From a bacterium (GTDB lineage Bacteria; SZUA-182; DTGQ01; JAFGSM01), in NCBI GenBank assembly GCA_049472335.1, contig JBLIRO010000070.1, positions 1-25,682 of the forward strand: DNA of 25,682 nt, given 5' to 3'. The notes under the pieces were generated by a model that saw nothing but the letters and a program-made list of their open reading frames with translations, did no database searches and was not told where the DNA came from. The translations under genes and the position numbers were made by a program. Below, piece after piece: positions 7,827 through 17,059 of this stretch (position 1 is its first letter; every line of letters starts with the position of its first letter).

Positions 7827-10616
7827 TTAATTATCTCCTATTATCATTTCATCTGTTTTAAGAAAATATATATGTCTTTTTTTGGGCAAAACATTGATCA
7901 AAACTGATTGCTCATCCCCTGATTTTAATTCGAATTCAAATGTATCTCTTTCCAAATAATGATATTCGGGTATATTATTTTTATATACTTTCAATGTCCA
8001 CTTTCCGGGCTGTAATTCTCTAAACGTGAAATAACCTTTATTGTCTGTAATACGGCGGGTTATCTCTGTTCCATTTGTCATTTCAAGAATCAGGTTTTCA
8101 AGTCCCCCTTTTTTAACCAGTTTTTGATTGGCATCAAAGAAATAACCGCCATTTTCAGGTTGATAAATGACAACCTGGCCATTAAAGGAAGCACTCTGGC
8201 CTACGGGGATTTCTACAAAACTGTCTGTGCCACCTTTAACAGTGACTTCTATTGGTGTTTTTTTGATTGGCATTTTATCGGGATCAATCTGTGACCTATC
8301 CACACTCAGATAAAATGTTCCCGGATAGACAGAAGGGAAAACAAAGTTGCCGCTTTTATCCGTAACTGCTGAAAGGCCATTGAGTCTTAAAACCACATTT
8401 GAAAGGGGCTCTTGTGTCTCTATATCGTAAACCTTTCCCCTGATGCCTCCTATACCTTTCTTTCGATGCACAGGCATACCGAATGGGATGGAATATTGGA
8501 TCATAAAAACGGTTTCATCTTGCCTGATGGGATCTTGATAAGAAAAATGGCGGCCAAAAACTGAAATCGTATGATTATTAAGCAACCTATGATTCAATTC
8601 TGTTTCAAAAAATCTTCTATTCTGCTCAGATTTTTTATATTGATCGTTTTTGAAATTAAAGTGAAATAAAGTCCTTTCCAGTACCTTGTAAGAAATCCCT
8701 AATCCTGTTACCAAATTGTGTTTTGTTATTCCATTGACATCACCATTATTCTTCCAGTAAAGATATCCTTTGCAATTCACTTTATTCATTGGCCTGAACA
8801 AAGCATTGAGCATATAATATTCCGAACCTACGGTTCTATTGGTTAATCTATCTCCAACCCGGCTTAATTCAACAGCAGAATAAAGATTTACTTTTTTTAA
8901 GGTATGTCCTATGCTGAATCTAAAACTGTCTTCTTTATAGTCTATGGTTGAATTTGGGACCCGGTCTACCCTGCTTTGGGACCTCAAATCAAAAGAAAGA
9001 TAGGTTCCGGTTTTTAAATGATAATTACATCCCAATCCATAGAATTTATTCACAAGAGAAGAACCATTTTGAGTATTTAAAGAAATATTATCTCTCTCCT
9101 GTCGAAAATATGTTTCTAATCGAAGACGATCGGTTAAAAAGACGATTAAACTACTTGATATAAAATCCATGTCTGTATAATATCCCGGGAAATCAGGATC
9201 AGCATGAATATATTTTAAATAATAAAACACATTGTCTTTATTACCTGAAGTACTCAGCATAAAGGCATTATCCTTATTTTTATTGTTATTTGAGAATTCC
9301 ATTGATATTTCAGTATCTTTAATGGGTTTAACTGTCCCTGACAAACTTACTATCCCCTTATTTTCTTCATTATCAACCCTTTTATTTAAATAATTGAAGG
9401 CTATTTTATGTTTATCGTGCATCAAATAATTGACATGAACACCTGTTTGTGTTTCTCCCGGCCTAAATCTCTGTGTTTTCATATGATAGGCCTTTATATA
9501 AAAGTTATCAAAGACCTTTTCCCCTTCGATTCCACGGCCATAGAGATAATTTTCAGTCAATGATGAGAGATAATACGCAAGATCACCTAATTGGAGCTTA
9601 TGACTTTCATCTTTGTAACCCAGGAAAAGCTCATCATACGAGGAATAGATTGATTCATAATCATTATCTGATACTTTGAGCAAGAACTCTAAATCCCTTT
9701 TACCTTCTTCGTTTAATTTCCCTTTTCCTGAAATTTTTGTCTGAAAACCGGATTTTTCATATTTTTCTTTTTCAATAGCCCACTTAAATGTAATTTCTCC
9801 GGGAATTTCATGATATCTGTCTTCCACGATGCTAATTCTTGGAATAATATCAATTGTTGCTATAGCATATGCTTTAAACCTTTCATGTTTAACAGCAGTT
9901 TTTGACCATTCCGTCAACTCTTCTTCTCCTTTAAGATCTTCCGGCCTAATCTGTTCAATAACCTCGGCACTTATTTGGATAACCTCCTTAAATTCTTTTT
10001 GTATATTTTCATCCGTCTCCATCATCAAGTTTAATTTCTTCGATTCACCTGGTTGGAGCTTAAAATCATTCGGATCCATATTAAAAAGAAAATTACCGGA
10101 ACTATTGGCTATAGTCCTTATTGTTGTTTCTATATTACTTTCGTTAGTAATAACAAATATAACCTGATAAGAATCCCCGGCAATAACATATTTAGGGGCT
10201 TGTAATAATTCTGCTTTTATTTTAATAAGCGGCACCACATGGACAAAGATTGAATAAAATCCAGTAAGGGAAGGCACTGCTTTATCTCTGACAAAATAAG
10301 TAATCTGGTACTTACCGGCTAAAGCTGTTTGCGGGACAAAGAAACTCAATAGTCTTATATCATATTCCTGCGGCTCCAATTCAAAAGGATAATCCTTAGT
10401 AATTAGTGTCCAACCTTCGGGAAGTTTGACTTCAGAAATAAACTCTCTTTCCTGATTTGTGTTGTTGGTAACTCTGAAGGACGTAGACAGTATACTGCGG
10501 GGTCTGATTACAAATGATTCTTCTTCAACAGACTGGATTTTGATATATCTTTCAGCAGCCTCTATGTAATTTCCTATGAAAAGGCATAATATAATTATCG
10601 GGAAAATTTTTTTCAT
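7827..10616 (-). CDS. Usher-like outer-membrane protein (N-terminal NEW3/Ig-like domains, central beta-barrel, C-terminal carboxypeptidase-regulatory/CnaB-like domains)
   Basis: 929 aa with a signal peptide. Two Ig-like repeats (FRVTN...LPEGW...LEPQE; ITNESN...LQPGE). Long amphipathic aromatic beta-strand region ending in YSIPFG. Two C-terminal repeats (TDKSGNFVF..V.PGTF; TDNKGYFTF..L.PGKW). Confidence 0.75.
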   Translation of the reverse strand: MKKIFPIIILCLFIGNYIEAAERYIKIQSVEEESFVIRPRSILSTSFRVTNNTNQEREFISEVKLPEGWTLITKDYPFELEPQEYDIRLLSFFVPQTALAGKYQITYFVRDKAVPSLTGFYSIFVHVVPLIKIKAELLQAPKYVIAGDSYQVIFVITNESNIETTIRTIANSSGNFLFNMDPNDFKLQPGESKKLNLMMETDENIQKEFKEVIQISAEVIEQIRPEDLKGEEELTEWSKTAVKHERFKAYAIATIDIIPRISIVEDRYHEIPGEITFKWAIEKEKYEKSGFQTKISGKGKLNEEGKRDLEFLLKVSDNDYESIYSSYDELFLGYKDESHKLQLGDLAYYLSSLTENYLYGRGIEGEKVFDNFYIKAYHMKTQRFRPGETQTGVHVNYLMHDKHKIAFNYLNKRVDNEENKGIVSLSGTVKPIKDTEISMEFSNNNKNKDNAFMLSTSGNKDNVFYYLKYIHADPDFPGYYTDMDFISSSLIVFLTDRLRLETYFRQERDNISLNTQNGSSLVNKFYGLGCNYHLKTGTYLSFDLRSQSRVDRVPNSTIDYKEDSFRFSIGHTLKKVNLYSAVELSRVGDRLTNRTVGSEYYMLNALFRPMNKVNCKGYLYWKNNGDVNGITKHNLVTGLGISYKVLERTLFHFNFKNDQYKKSEQNRRFFETELNHRLLNNHTISVFGRHFSYQDPIRQDETVFMIQYSIPFGMPVHRKKGIGGIRGKVYDIETQEPLSNVVLRLNGLSAVTDKSGNFVFPSVYPGTFYLSVDRSQIDPDKMPIKKTPIEVTVKGGTDSFVEIPVGQSASFNGQVVIYQPENGGYFFDANQKLVKKGGLENLILEMTNGTEITRRITDNKGYFTFRELQPGKWTLKVYKNNIPEYHYLERDTFEFELKSGDEQSVLINVLPKKRHIYFLKTDEMIIGDN

Positions 10617-10716
10617 CTATACTATATATGCATTAAAACACTCTTAACCTTATTAACCTAACCAATTAACATCTATAAACCTTATTTTATTGAATAGTCT
10701 TGCTAAAAACTTAAAG

Positions 10717-10749
10717 CAAAAAGGGCAGACCCGTATAAGGCCTGCCCTT
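10717..10749 (-). terminator. Intrinsic terminator downstream of the pilin-like gene
   Basis: Minus-strand RNA AAGGGCAGGCC-uuauacg-GGUCUGCCCUU followed by UUUGCUUU, about 15 nt after the stop at 10764. Confidence 0.8.
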
Positions 10750-10763
10750 GTTTGTTTAATAGA

Positions 10764-11246
10764 TTATACATCTGTCAGTGTATATGTAACTGTATGGACA
10801 TCGGTTCCGGTCCCTTGGTCAGGAGCTGCGCTCGCTTCGTATGATAAAGTACACCCACCTATTTCCTCTGAGATACCTGTCATAAGATCCTGTGCCACTG
10901 CTCCATGACTCAATGTGACAACTCCCGATGAAGCTCCGCCCCCAACTATACCTGTTGCCTCAACAGTGAGACCAAATAACTGCGGTGGTACCCCAACGGT
11001 CGTTGCCACGGTAACCTTCTTATTCGTTTCGTTTGTTGCCCAATCAAGGGAACAAGTGGTATCAGTGGCTGTGAAATCAACAGCATCGATTGTTAGGATA
11101 AGGCCACCCCCGGTGATGGCAATTTCATTGACTATACCTACTGTGACAGTTACAGTATGACTGTCCGTATCGGCTGCGAAAGATAATTTAGCAAAGCTAA
11201 ATATCACTATGATAGCCATTAACCAAATCATTGTTTTCTTCATCAT
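10764..11246 (-). CDS. Secreted beta-rich protein, putative major pilin/fimbrial subunit
   Basis: Signal peptide ending SFA-A. Mature N-terminus DTDSHTVTVTV (alternating pattern). Thr/Gly/Val-rich, two Cys, C-terminal VTYTLTD strand. GGAG SD. Confidence 0.7.
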   Translation of the reverse strand: MMKKTMIWLMAIIVIFSFAKLSFAADTDSHTVTVTVGIVNEIAITGGGLILTIDAVDFTATDTTCSLDWATNETNKKVTVATTVGVPPQLFGLTVEATGIVGGGASSGVVTLSHGAVAQDLMTGISEEIGGCTLSYEASAAPDQGTGTDVHTVTYTLTDV

Positions 11247-11443
11247 CTTTAGGTTGCTCCTTTTAGATGAGATTCATTTATGAAGTTTGCAAAAATCAAC
11301 ATCAATTTATCTATTAATAGCATTAACAGCAATTTTAAATTATAAGAATCACCTCCTTTAAAGTACCTTTAAATATTAAGGCAGGATTATTCTTCTCTCA
11401 CAAACCTCATCTTCATATCTCAATCTATATTTCTATCTCCCTT

Positions 11444-12289
11444 TTATTTTATATTTTCAGCAATCTTCTCCTTATTCTGAATTTTTAAGTTATAGGTGCC
11501 TCCAAAGACATTTTCTCCTCCGCAGTCAGCAACAACCAGGGCTTTATAAATGCCTTCTGCAATTTGACCTAAATCCACTTCAAATCTGACTGAAGTGCCC
11601 GGATATGTTCGAAAAGGCCCTGCTTTATACCTGCCCACATGAGTACCGTTCTCGTTAAAAAGCTCCACTGATAAGGATGGCCTTAGAAATGTTTCCCCGA
11701 TATTTTCAACATCTACTTTTAAAATCCTTTCTTCTTTTTCCTTGAGGAGTTTCGTATCCAAGAACATGAGCATACCCACACCAGTATTACCAATATGGGT
11801 GGCGATCTGAACTCCATAACGAAAAATCTGTCTTACACCTATTGCCACGTCATTTTCTTTTGATTGACTGGATTCAGGGGAGTCTTTTGAAATAGGCTCT
11901 ATCATTAATATACTCCAGTATGTACCTACCAAACTCTCATCTCTTGGGGTTTTCACCACATAATGAATGCTCTCTTGTTGTTTTGGCCCGATCTTTAATC
12001 TATTTGGACGAAACTTAATCCACGGGGCATTAGAACGGGGAATTTTGCCAGGCTCTCCATATGTACTTCCACCTTCACAGGAAAATAAATAATCTGTCTG
12101 ATAGATCTTGACCTCTTCTATCCCTTGACCTCTATTCTTAATAATGATCTCACCTTCATAGGTTTCCCCTGGTCTTGCTTTCTTTTCATGCGACATTTCT
12201 CCTAAAATATTTATCTGTGCCCCGGCAACTCGAATCCATGCTGAGAAAAGCAATAATAGTGAAAAACTTATTATGATTTTTTTCTTCAT
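11444..12289 (-). CDS. Periplasmic chaperone-like protein (PapD/DUF916-like two-Ig-domain architecture)
   Basis: Start placed at MKKKIIISF (AAGGAG SD); signal peptide; PGETYEGEIIIKN, RSNAPWI, GTYWSILMIEP, alternating VAIGVRQIFRYGVQI strand; second domain VDVENIGETFLRP. Confidence 0.7.
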   Translation of the reverse strand: MKKKIIISFSLLLLFSAWIRVAGAQINILGEMSHEKKARPGETYEGEIIIKNRGQGIEEVKIYQTDYLFSCEGGSTYGEPGKIPRSNAPWIKFRPNRLKIGPKQQESIHYVVKTPRDESLVGTYWSILMIEPISKDSPESSQSKENDVAIGVRQIFRYGVQIATHIGNTGVGMLMFLDTKLLKEKEERILKVDVENIGETFLRPSLSVELFNENGTHVGRYKAGPFRTYPGTSVRFEVDLGQIAEGIYKALVVADCGGENVFGGTYNLKIQNKEKIAENIK

Positions 12290-12306
12290 CAAGTTCACTC
12301 CTTTCA

Positions 12307-12789
12307 TCAATTTTTTGTAACCGTGTAATAAATGGTGGTTGAATATATATTTGGCGGAATCTGAATAGAAACCCCTGTGAGTTGATACTGAATGGTAATA
12401 TTTCTTACATTGTCAGAACCACTAAAAAAAGTCTTGTAAACATCCGTTATCTCCTGGTATGTCGTTCCACCTAAAAGGCTCCCTCCATTCGTTCCATCGG
12501 ATGTCCTTTTCACATACAGATGAAAATTGGGATGCCATTGTATGTCAACCTTACTCACATCCAGGCGCCAGTTATCCTTGGGAATACCTGTAATATCGAT
12601 ATCGCACACATTTGAAACACTTTCATAGGAATTAATCAGATCAGACCCAGCCCCCCCTTGGAGATCCATATTGTCTATAGTCTCGCTCCAGCTTCCTGTT
12701 ACTTTTACAGACAGAGACAAAATTTCCTTGGGAAGCAAGATAAGAAAAACTATTAATATGAGGCTAACTATCTGAATTCTTTCTTCCAT
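12307..12789 (-). CDS. Secreted beta-rich protein, putative minor pilin/tip subunit
   Basis: 160 aa with an N-terminal hydrophobic signal; C-terminal YSTTIYYTVT strand resembles the (G)xYxxxxxxT end of fimbrial/WxL-like subunits; stop is 17 bp from the chaperone-like start. Confidence 0.65.
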   Translation of the reverse strand: MEERIQIVSLILIVFLILLPKEILSLSVKVTGSWSETIDNMDLQGGAGSDLINSYESVSNVCDIDITGIPKDNWRLDVSKVDIQWHPNFHLYVKRTSDGTNGGSLLGGTTYQEITDVYKTFFSGSDNVRNITIQYQLTGVSIQIPPNIYSTTIYYTVTKN

Positions 12790-12948
12790 TTCTTCTTTAT
12801 CAATTTTTATCGATTTTCTAGTTTTTTAACTTGAGAATAAGAACCGGTAAGCGCAAAATCTTAATTAGTCCTATACTTATTTAAATAATCGGTCAGTATA
12901 TTGAATTATAACGGATTTAAACCTTATTGATAAAAAGAGATTTAAGAA

Positions 12949-14646
12949 TCATTTTAGATAATGATTGGTTATAGGAAGACGTCTGTCCTTGCCAAATGCC
13001 TTTGGCGTGATTTTGATCCCCGGGGGGGATTGACGTCGTTTATATTCACTTATATCTACTAAACGGATCACTTTGTTTACAATTTCTTCATCAGCCCCCT
13101 CTTTGATAATCTCAACGGGTGATTTGTCTTCTTCAACATAGGCACGCAGAATGGGATCCAGCACTGAATAAGGCGGAAGCGAATCCTCATCCCTTTGATC
13201 AGGCCTTAATTCCGCCGTAGGCGCGCGTTTCAATATGCTCTCAGGTATAATCTCTTTTCCCCTTTTCTGATTAATATAATTGGCAATTTCATATACTATT
13301 ATTTTAGGGAGATCCTTTATAACTGCGAATCCGCCTGCCATATCACCGTAAAGAGTGCAATACCCTACGGCCATCTCACTTTTGTTACCGGTTGTCAATA
13401 CAAGCCATCCGAACCGATTGGAAAGTGCCATCAGAATATTCCCCCGGATTCGCGCCTGTATGTTCTCGAATTCGATCCCAGGCTCGCCGCTGCCGAATGG
13501 TTCCTTTAGTGATTCGGTATAAGCGGAAAAAATCCCGTTGATCGGTATAGTTAAGAGTGCAACATGAAGATTTTCAGCCATTAGTCCGGAATCGGACAAT
13601 GTCTCATCGGATGTATATTCCGAGGGCATGGTTACTGTAATGACATTTTCGTTTCCTAACGCATCTACGGCAATGACAGCGGTCAATGCCGAATCTATCC
13701 CTCCGCTCAGGCCAATGATTACCTTTTTAAAACCATTTTTATGTACATAATCCCTGGTCCCCAAGACCAGGGCACTAAAGATCTCCTCTAACCGGTCCAA
13801 TTCCGGTGCCTGTACTAATGGAATGGGTTTAAGATCCCGTGAATCTTCTATCCTCAGGCGATAATATTTTACCTTTTTATCTGAAATTCGATCGAGAGGA
13901 CCATGTGCAGGAAATGGACAATGATCAAGGTCCGCCACTACGAGATCCTCTTCAAAACGCTTCGCGCTCAATAATCTTTCTCCATTTGGTCCCATTACCA
14001 GACTTCCGCCGTCAAAGACAAGCTCATCCTGCCCCCCCACCAGATTGGTATATAAAACCACGGCTCCGGTTTTTTGAGCAAACCGGCAAATGATGTTTCT
14101 TCGAACTTCGAGCTTACCGGCATAAAAGGGGGAAGAAGAGATGTTCAATATCACGTTTGCATGATGCTCTGTTGCACTTTGTTCCGCTTTTCCGTTACTG
14201 ACCCAGATATCCTCACAAATGGTAACCATAATCCGTATTCCACCCATGTCAAAAAACAGGGCGCCCTCACCGGGGTGAAAATACCGTTTTTCATCAAAAA
14301 CACTGTAATTTGGGAGATCTATCTTATGATAAGTGCCTATCCATTCAGTATTATGGATAAGGGCCGCGGCATTATAGACACGCCCTTCAATAGCATCGGG
14401 GAATCCCAGAACAGCCGTGATCCCTTTTGTCTCCCTGGCTATTTCAAGGAGCGCCTCATGATTATCACTTAAAAATCCTGGCCTCAATAGAAGGTCTTCA
14501 GGAGGATATCCGCTGATGGCAAGCTCAGGGAATGTAACAATATCGGCATATTCATCTCTTGCGCATCTTATCTGATGAATAATCCTGGCCACATTCCCCC
14601 GAATATCGCCAACTGTTGTATTTATCTGAGCGAGCGCAATCTTCAA
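12949..14646 (-). CDS. nadE: Glutamine-dependent NAD+ synthetase
   Basis: Nitrilase-type domain (KIALAQIN, FPEL, YHK, ICED) plus synthetase domain (GLSGGIDS, ENIQARIRG, TGNKSE, YKRRQSPPG). Start placed at TTG 14646 after a GGGGG SD; the ORF extends to 14688. Confidence 0.96.
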   Translation of the reverse strand: MKIALAQINTTVGDIRGNVARIIHQIRCARDEYADIVTFPELAISGYPPEDLLLRPGFLSDNHEALLEIARETKGITAVLGFPDAIEGRVYNAAALIHNTEWIGTYHKIDLPNYSVFDEKRYFHPGEGALFFDMGGIRIMVTICEDIWVSNGKAEQSATEHHANVILNISSSPFYAGKLEVRRNIICRFAQKTGAVVLYTNLVGGQDELVFDGGSLVMGPNGERLLSAKRFEEDLVVADLDHCPFPAHGPLDRISDKKVKYYRLRIEDSRDLKPIPLVQAPELDRLEEIFSALVLGTRDYVHKNGFKKVIIGLSGGIDSALTAVIAVDALGNENVITVTMPSEYTSDETLSDSGLMAENLHVALLTIPINGIFSAYTESLKEPFGSGEPGIEFENIQARIRGNILMALSNRFGWLVLTTGNKSEMAVGYCTLYGDMAGGFAVIKDLPKIIVYEIANYINQKRGKEIIPESILKRAPTAELRPDQRDEDSLPPYSVLDPILRAYVEEDKSPVEIIKEGADEEIVNKVIRLVDISEYKRRQSPPGIKITPKAFGKDRRLPITNHYLK

Positions 14647-14719
14647 GAGTTCTTTTTCCCCCTGAAATAATAAGTTCCTAAAATACAATTATTTTTAATA
14701 ACAAACATGTATCTATTAC

Positions 14720-15061
14720 CTACCCAATTGCTTTATTCCCTTTGTCACCCGTCCTTATCCGGATACATTCAGCAAGGTCAAGCACAAATATCTTGCCGTC
14801 CCCGATCTTTCCGGTTTTAGCGCCCTTTATTATTGCGTCAATGGCTGGCTGGACAAAATCCTCGTTGACTGCAATTTCAAGGCGTATCTTCTTGAGCAGG
14901 TTCACCTCCATGAATACGCCACGGTATGTCTCTGTGTATCCTTTCTGCTGGCCGCAGCCCAGGGCGTTGGTGACGGACATTTTATGGACTTCAGCGGCAT
15001 ATAAGGCCTGTTTCACGTCATTCAGCTTATGAGGCTGTATATATGCAATTATCAGTTTCAT
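14720..15061 (-). CDS. glnK: P-II family nitrogen regulator (non-canonical T-loop, Met at position 51)
   Basis: [11 protein letters not shown]-loop, [17 protein letters not shown]; directly downstream of amt. The glnK symbol is assigned from amt linkage only. Confidence 0.9.
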   Translation of the reverse strand: MKLIIAYIQPHKLNDVKQALYAAEVHKMSVTNALGCGQQKGYTETYRGVFMEVNLLKKIRLEIAVNEDFVQPAIDAIIKGAKTGKIGDGKIFVLDLAECIRIRTGDKGNKAIG

Positions 15062-15078
15062 AATTGAATCTCCTTTGT

Positions 15079-16431
15079 CTATTTTGTGGTAAATATCTGA
15101 AACCCGGAATAGGCTTCCATTCCATGCTGGCTTATGTCCAATCCTTTCAGTTCCTCTTCTCTCGAAACCCTTAGGCCCACAACCTTATCGATGAGTTTGA
15201 AGATGATTGTCATGGCAATTACCACGAAAATCACTGCTGTTATGGTGCCTATTGCCTGGATGCCCAACAGCTTAAAACCACCGCCATGGAGTAAGCCATT
15301 CATACCGAGACCACCGAGTCCTTTATGCCCGAAGATTCCCACTGCTATTGTCCCCCATATTCCATTCATCATATGAACAGGCGCTGCGCCAACCGGATCA
15401 TCAACATGTATCTTGTCAAGAAATATGGTTCCCAAAACCACTATTATACCACCAATCACCCCAATTAACATGGATTCATAAGGCAAGACGTACGCACAGG
15501 GAGCGGTTATTGCCACCAGACCCGCCAGGGCGCCGTTCATGGCCATTGTCAGATCAGGCTTGCCGAACAAGAACCAGGCAAAGAATACCGCTGCCAAAGC
15601 CCCGGTAGCTGCTGCCAGATTTGTATTAACAGCAACTTTTGCCATAAAACTACCGTCACCGACACTCAGGGTTGAACCAGGATTAAAGCCGAACCAGCAA
15701 AACCACAGGATCAAAGCGCCCAGTGAAGCAAGGGCCATTGAATGTCCCTCGATGGCATTGGCTGAACCATCCTTGTTGAATTTTCCTATCCTGGGGCCGA
15801 CAATTATGGTTCCTACCAGTGCCGCTGTGCCGCCGACAGCGTGCACAACCGTTGATCCCGCGAAATCCGCAAAGCCAAGTCTTGAGAGCCAGCCGCCGCC
15901 CCAGACCCAATGGCCGATAATAGGATAGACTGTGGCTGAAATAAGAAAGGAATAAATAAGGTATGCCTTGAACTTCATTCTTTCAGCTATGCCTCCGGCA
16001 ACAATGGTTGCCGCTGCCCCACAGAACACAGCATGAAACAACCATGCAGCCTCAAGAGGGATGGTGCCCTGGTGTGTCGCATTTATAAGACACCAGCCGT
16101 TAAGCCCCATAAAGCCATTCCCTTTCCCGAACATGATAGTATATCCGACAAGAAAAAATGCAGTGGATGCCATACAGAAATCAAGGAAATTATTCATTAA
16201 GACATTACATGTGTTCTTGGTTCTTATTAATCCGGCCTCGAGCATCCCAAATCCTGCCTGCATGAGAAAAACCATAAAAGCGGCAATAAGCACCCAAAGG
16301 GTGTCAATACCGGACGTGCCTGCCTGCTTTCCCGCCTCTTCTGCCAGTGCCGGTTTAAAAAGAAACAATCCAAGCACAATACATAAAAAGATGATAATAG
16401 GAAATCGTTTGGACCAATTACGGAAAATCAT
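15079..16431 (-). CDS. amtB: Ammonium transporter (Amt family)
   Basis: [62 protein letters not shown]. Start placed at ATG 16431 after AAGGGGG. Confidence 0.95.
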   Translation of the reverse strand: MIFRNWSKRFPIIIFLCIVLGLFLFKPALAEEAGKQAGTSGIDTLWVLIAAFMVFLMQAGFGMLEAGLIRTKNTCNVLMNNFLDFCMASTAFFLVGYTIMFGKGNGFMGLNGWCLINATHQGTIPLEAAWLFHAVFCGAAATIVAGGIAERMKFKAYLIYSFLISATVYPIIGHWVWGGGWLSRLGFADFAGSTVVHAVGGTAALVGTIIVGPRIGKFNKDGSANAIEGHSMALASLGALILWFCWFGFNPGSTLSVGDGSFMAKVAVNTNLAAATGALAAVFFAWFLFGKPDLTMAMNGALAGLVAITAPCAYVLPYESMLIGVIGGIIVVLGTIFLDKIHVDDPVGAAPVHMMNGIWGTIAVGIFGHKGLGGLGMNGLLHGGGFKLLGIQAIGTITAVIFVVIAMTIIFKLIDKVVGLRVSREEELKGLDISQHGMEAYSGFQIFTTK

Positions 16432-16529
16432 GTGACCCCCTTTCAATAGATTTAAAAAAGTTTAAATACAAAAGCTTAAATATAAATAAAAGAACCGGAC
16501 AATTTAACCGGGAATTAATCAATATCAAG

Positions 16530-16544
16530 GCAATTTTGATTCCA
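16530..16544 (-). promoter_or_regulatory. Sigma54 (-24/-12) promoter of the amt-PII-nadE unit
   Basis: Minus strand TGGAATCAAAATTGC (GG-N10-GC), about 100 bp upstream of the amt start. Confidence 0.65.
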
Positions 16545-16623
16545 GTCATTGTTTTATATTTTATATATTTAAAATACAGACATTTATGGCAGAAAATTAT
16601 GGAGTGTATTGACCCTCCCGAAA

Positions 16624-16737
16624 TGACAAAATTGTGGCAGGATGACATTTTTCCAGGATCTTTTTTAGAGGAAAGCATGCATTTACAAAAGGTTACAAAA
16701 TTGTGCCTGTTTTTGTGCACATGACGATTTTTAGGCA
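16624..16737. promoter_or_regulatory. Putative enhancer-binding-protein (NtrC-like) upstream activator sites
   Basis: Three 16-bp TGMC-N8-KGCA boxes: TGACAAAATTGTGGCA 16624-16639, TGCCTGTTTTTGTGCA 16704-16719 and TGACGATTTTTAGGCA 16722-16737, 80-195 bp upstream of the sigma54 site. Confidence 0.55.
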
Positions 16738-16864
16738 CTTAAGTCATTTTTTAAAGTTCCTACTATTCACTTCCTTTCCCTGTAAGCTTTCAATAAAAAT
16801 GTAAATTTAATTCTTCTATGGGGTTTATAAACCACAATGTTTTGTGAGCATATTTATTTTCTAA

Positions 16865-16906
16865 TTTTGCATTTTGCAATTTGCATTTTTCATTTTGCAT
16901 TTTGCA
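16865..16906. repeat. Heptamer tandem repeat (TTTTGCA)x6
   Basis: ttttgca ttttgca atttgca tttttca ttttgca ttttgca. Confidence 0.9.
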
Positions 16907-16945
16907 CCAATATGGGCCTATATTTAAGCGTATGGGGAAAGACCC

Positions 16946-16976
16946 GCGAAGCTGCCCTGGCTTGGGGCAGCTTCGC
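16946..16976 (-). terminator. GC-rich hairpin downstream of the first amt (terminator or REP-like)
   Basis: Perfect 12-bp arms GCGAAGCTGCCC/GGGCAGCTTCGC, imperfectly extendable to about 16932-16995; weak U tract. Confidence 0.55.
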
Positions 16977-17059
16977 TGGCCGGGGGAAATCCCATGTGAA
17001 GCTGCTAGAATTGCTCCCATTATGATGATGTCCTGACATTATCAACAATCTCTCAATCA

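Noticed and set aside
16790..17025. ORFs 16790..17020 (-) and 16837..17025 (+)
   Set aside because: They arise from the heptamer repeat and the hairpin; no credible product.
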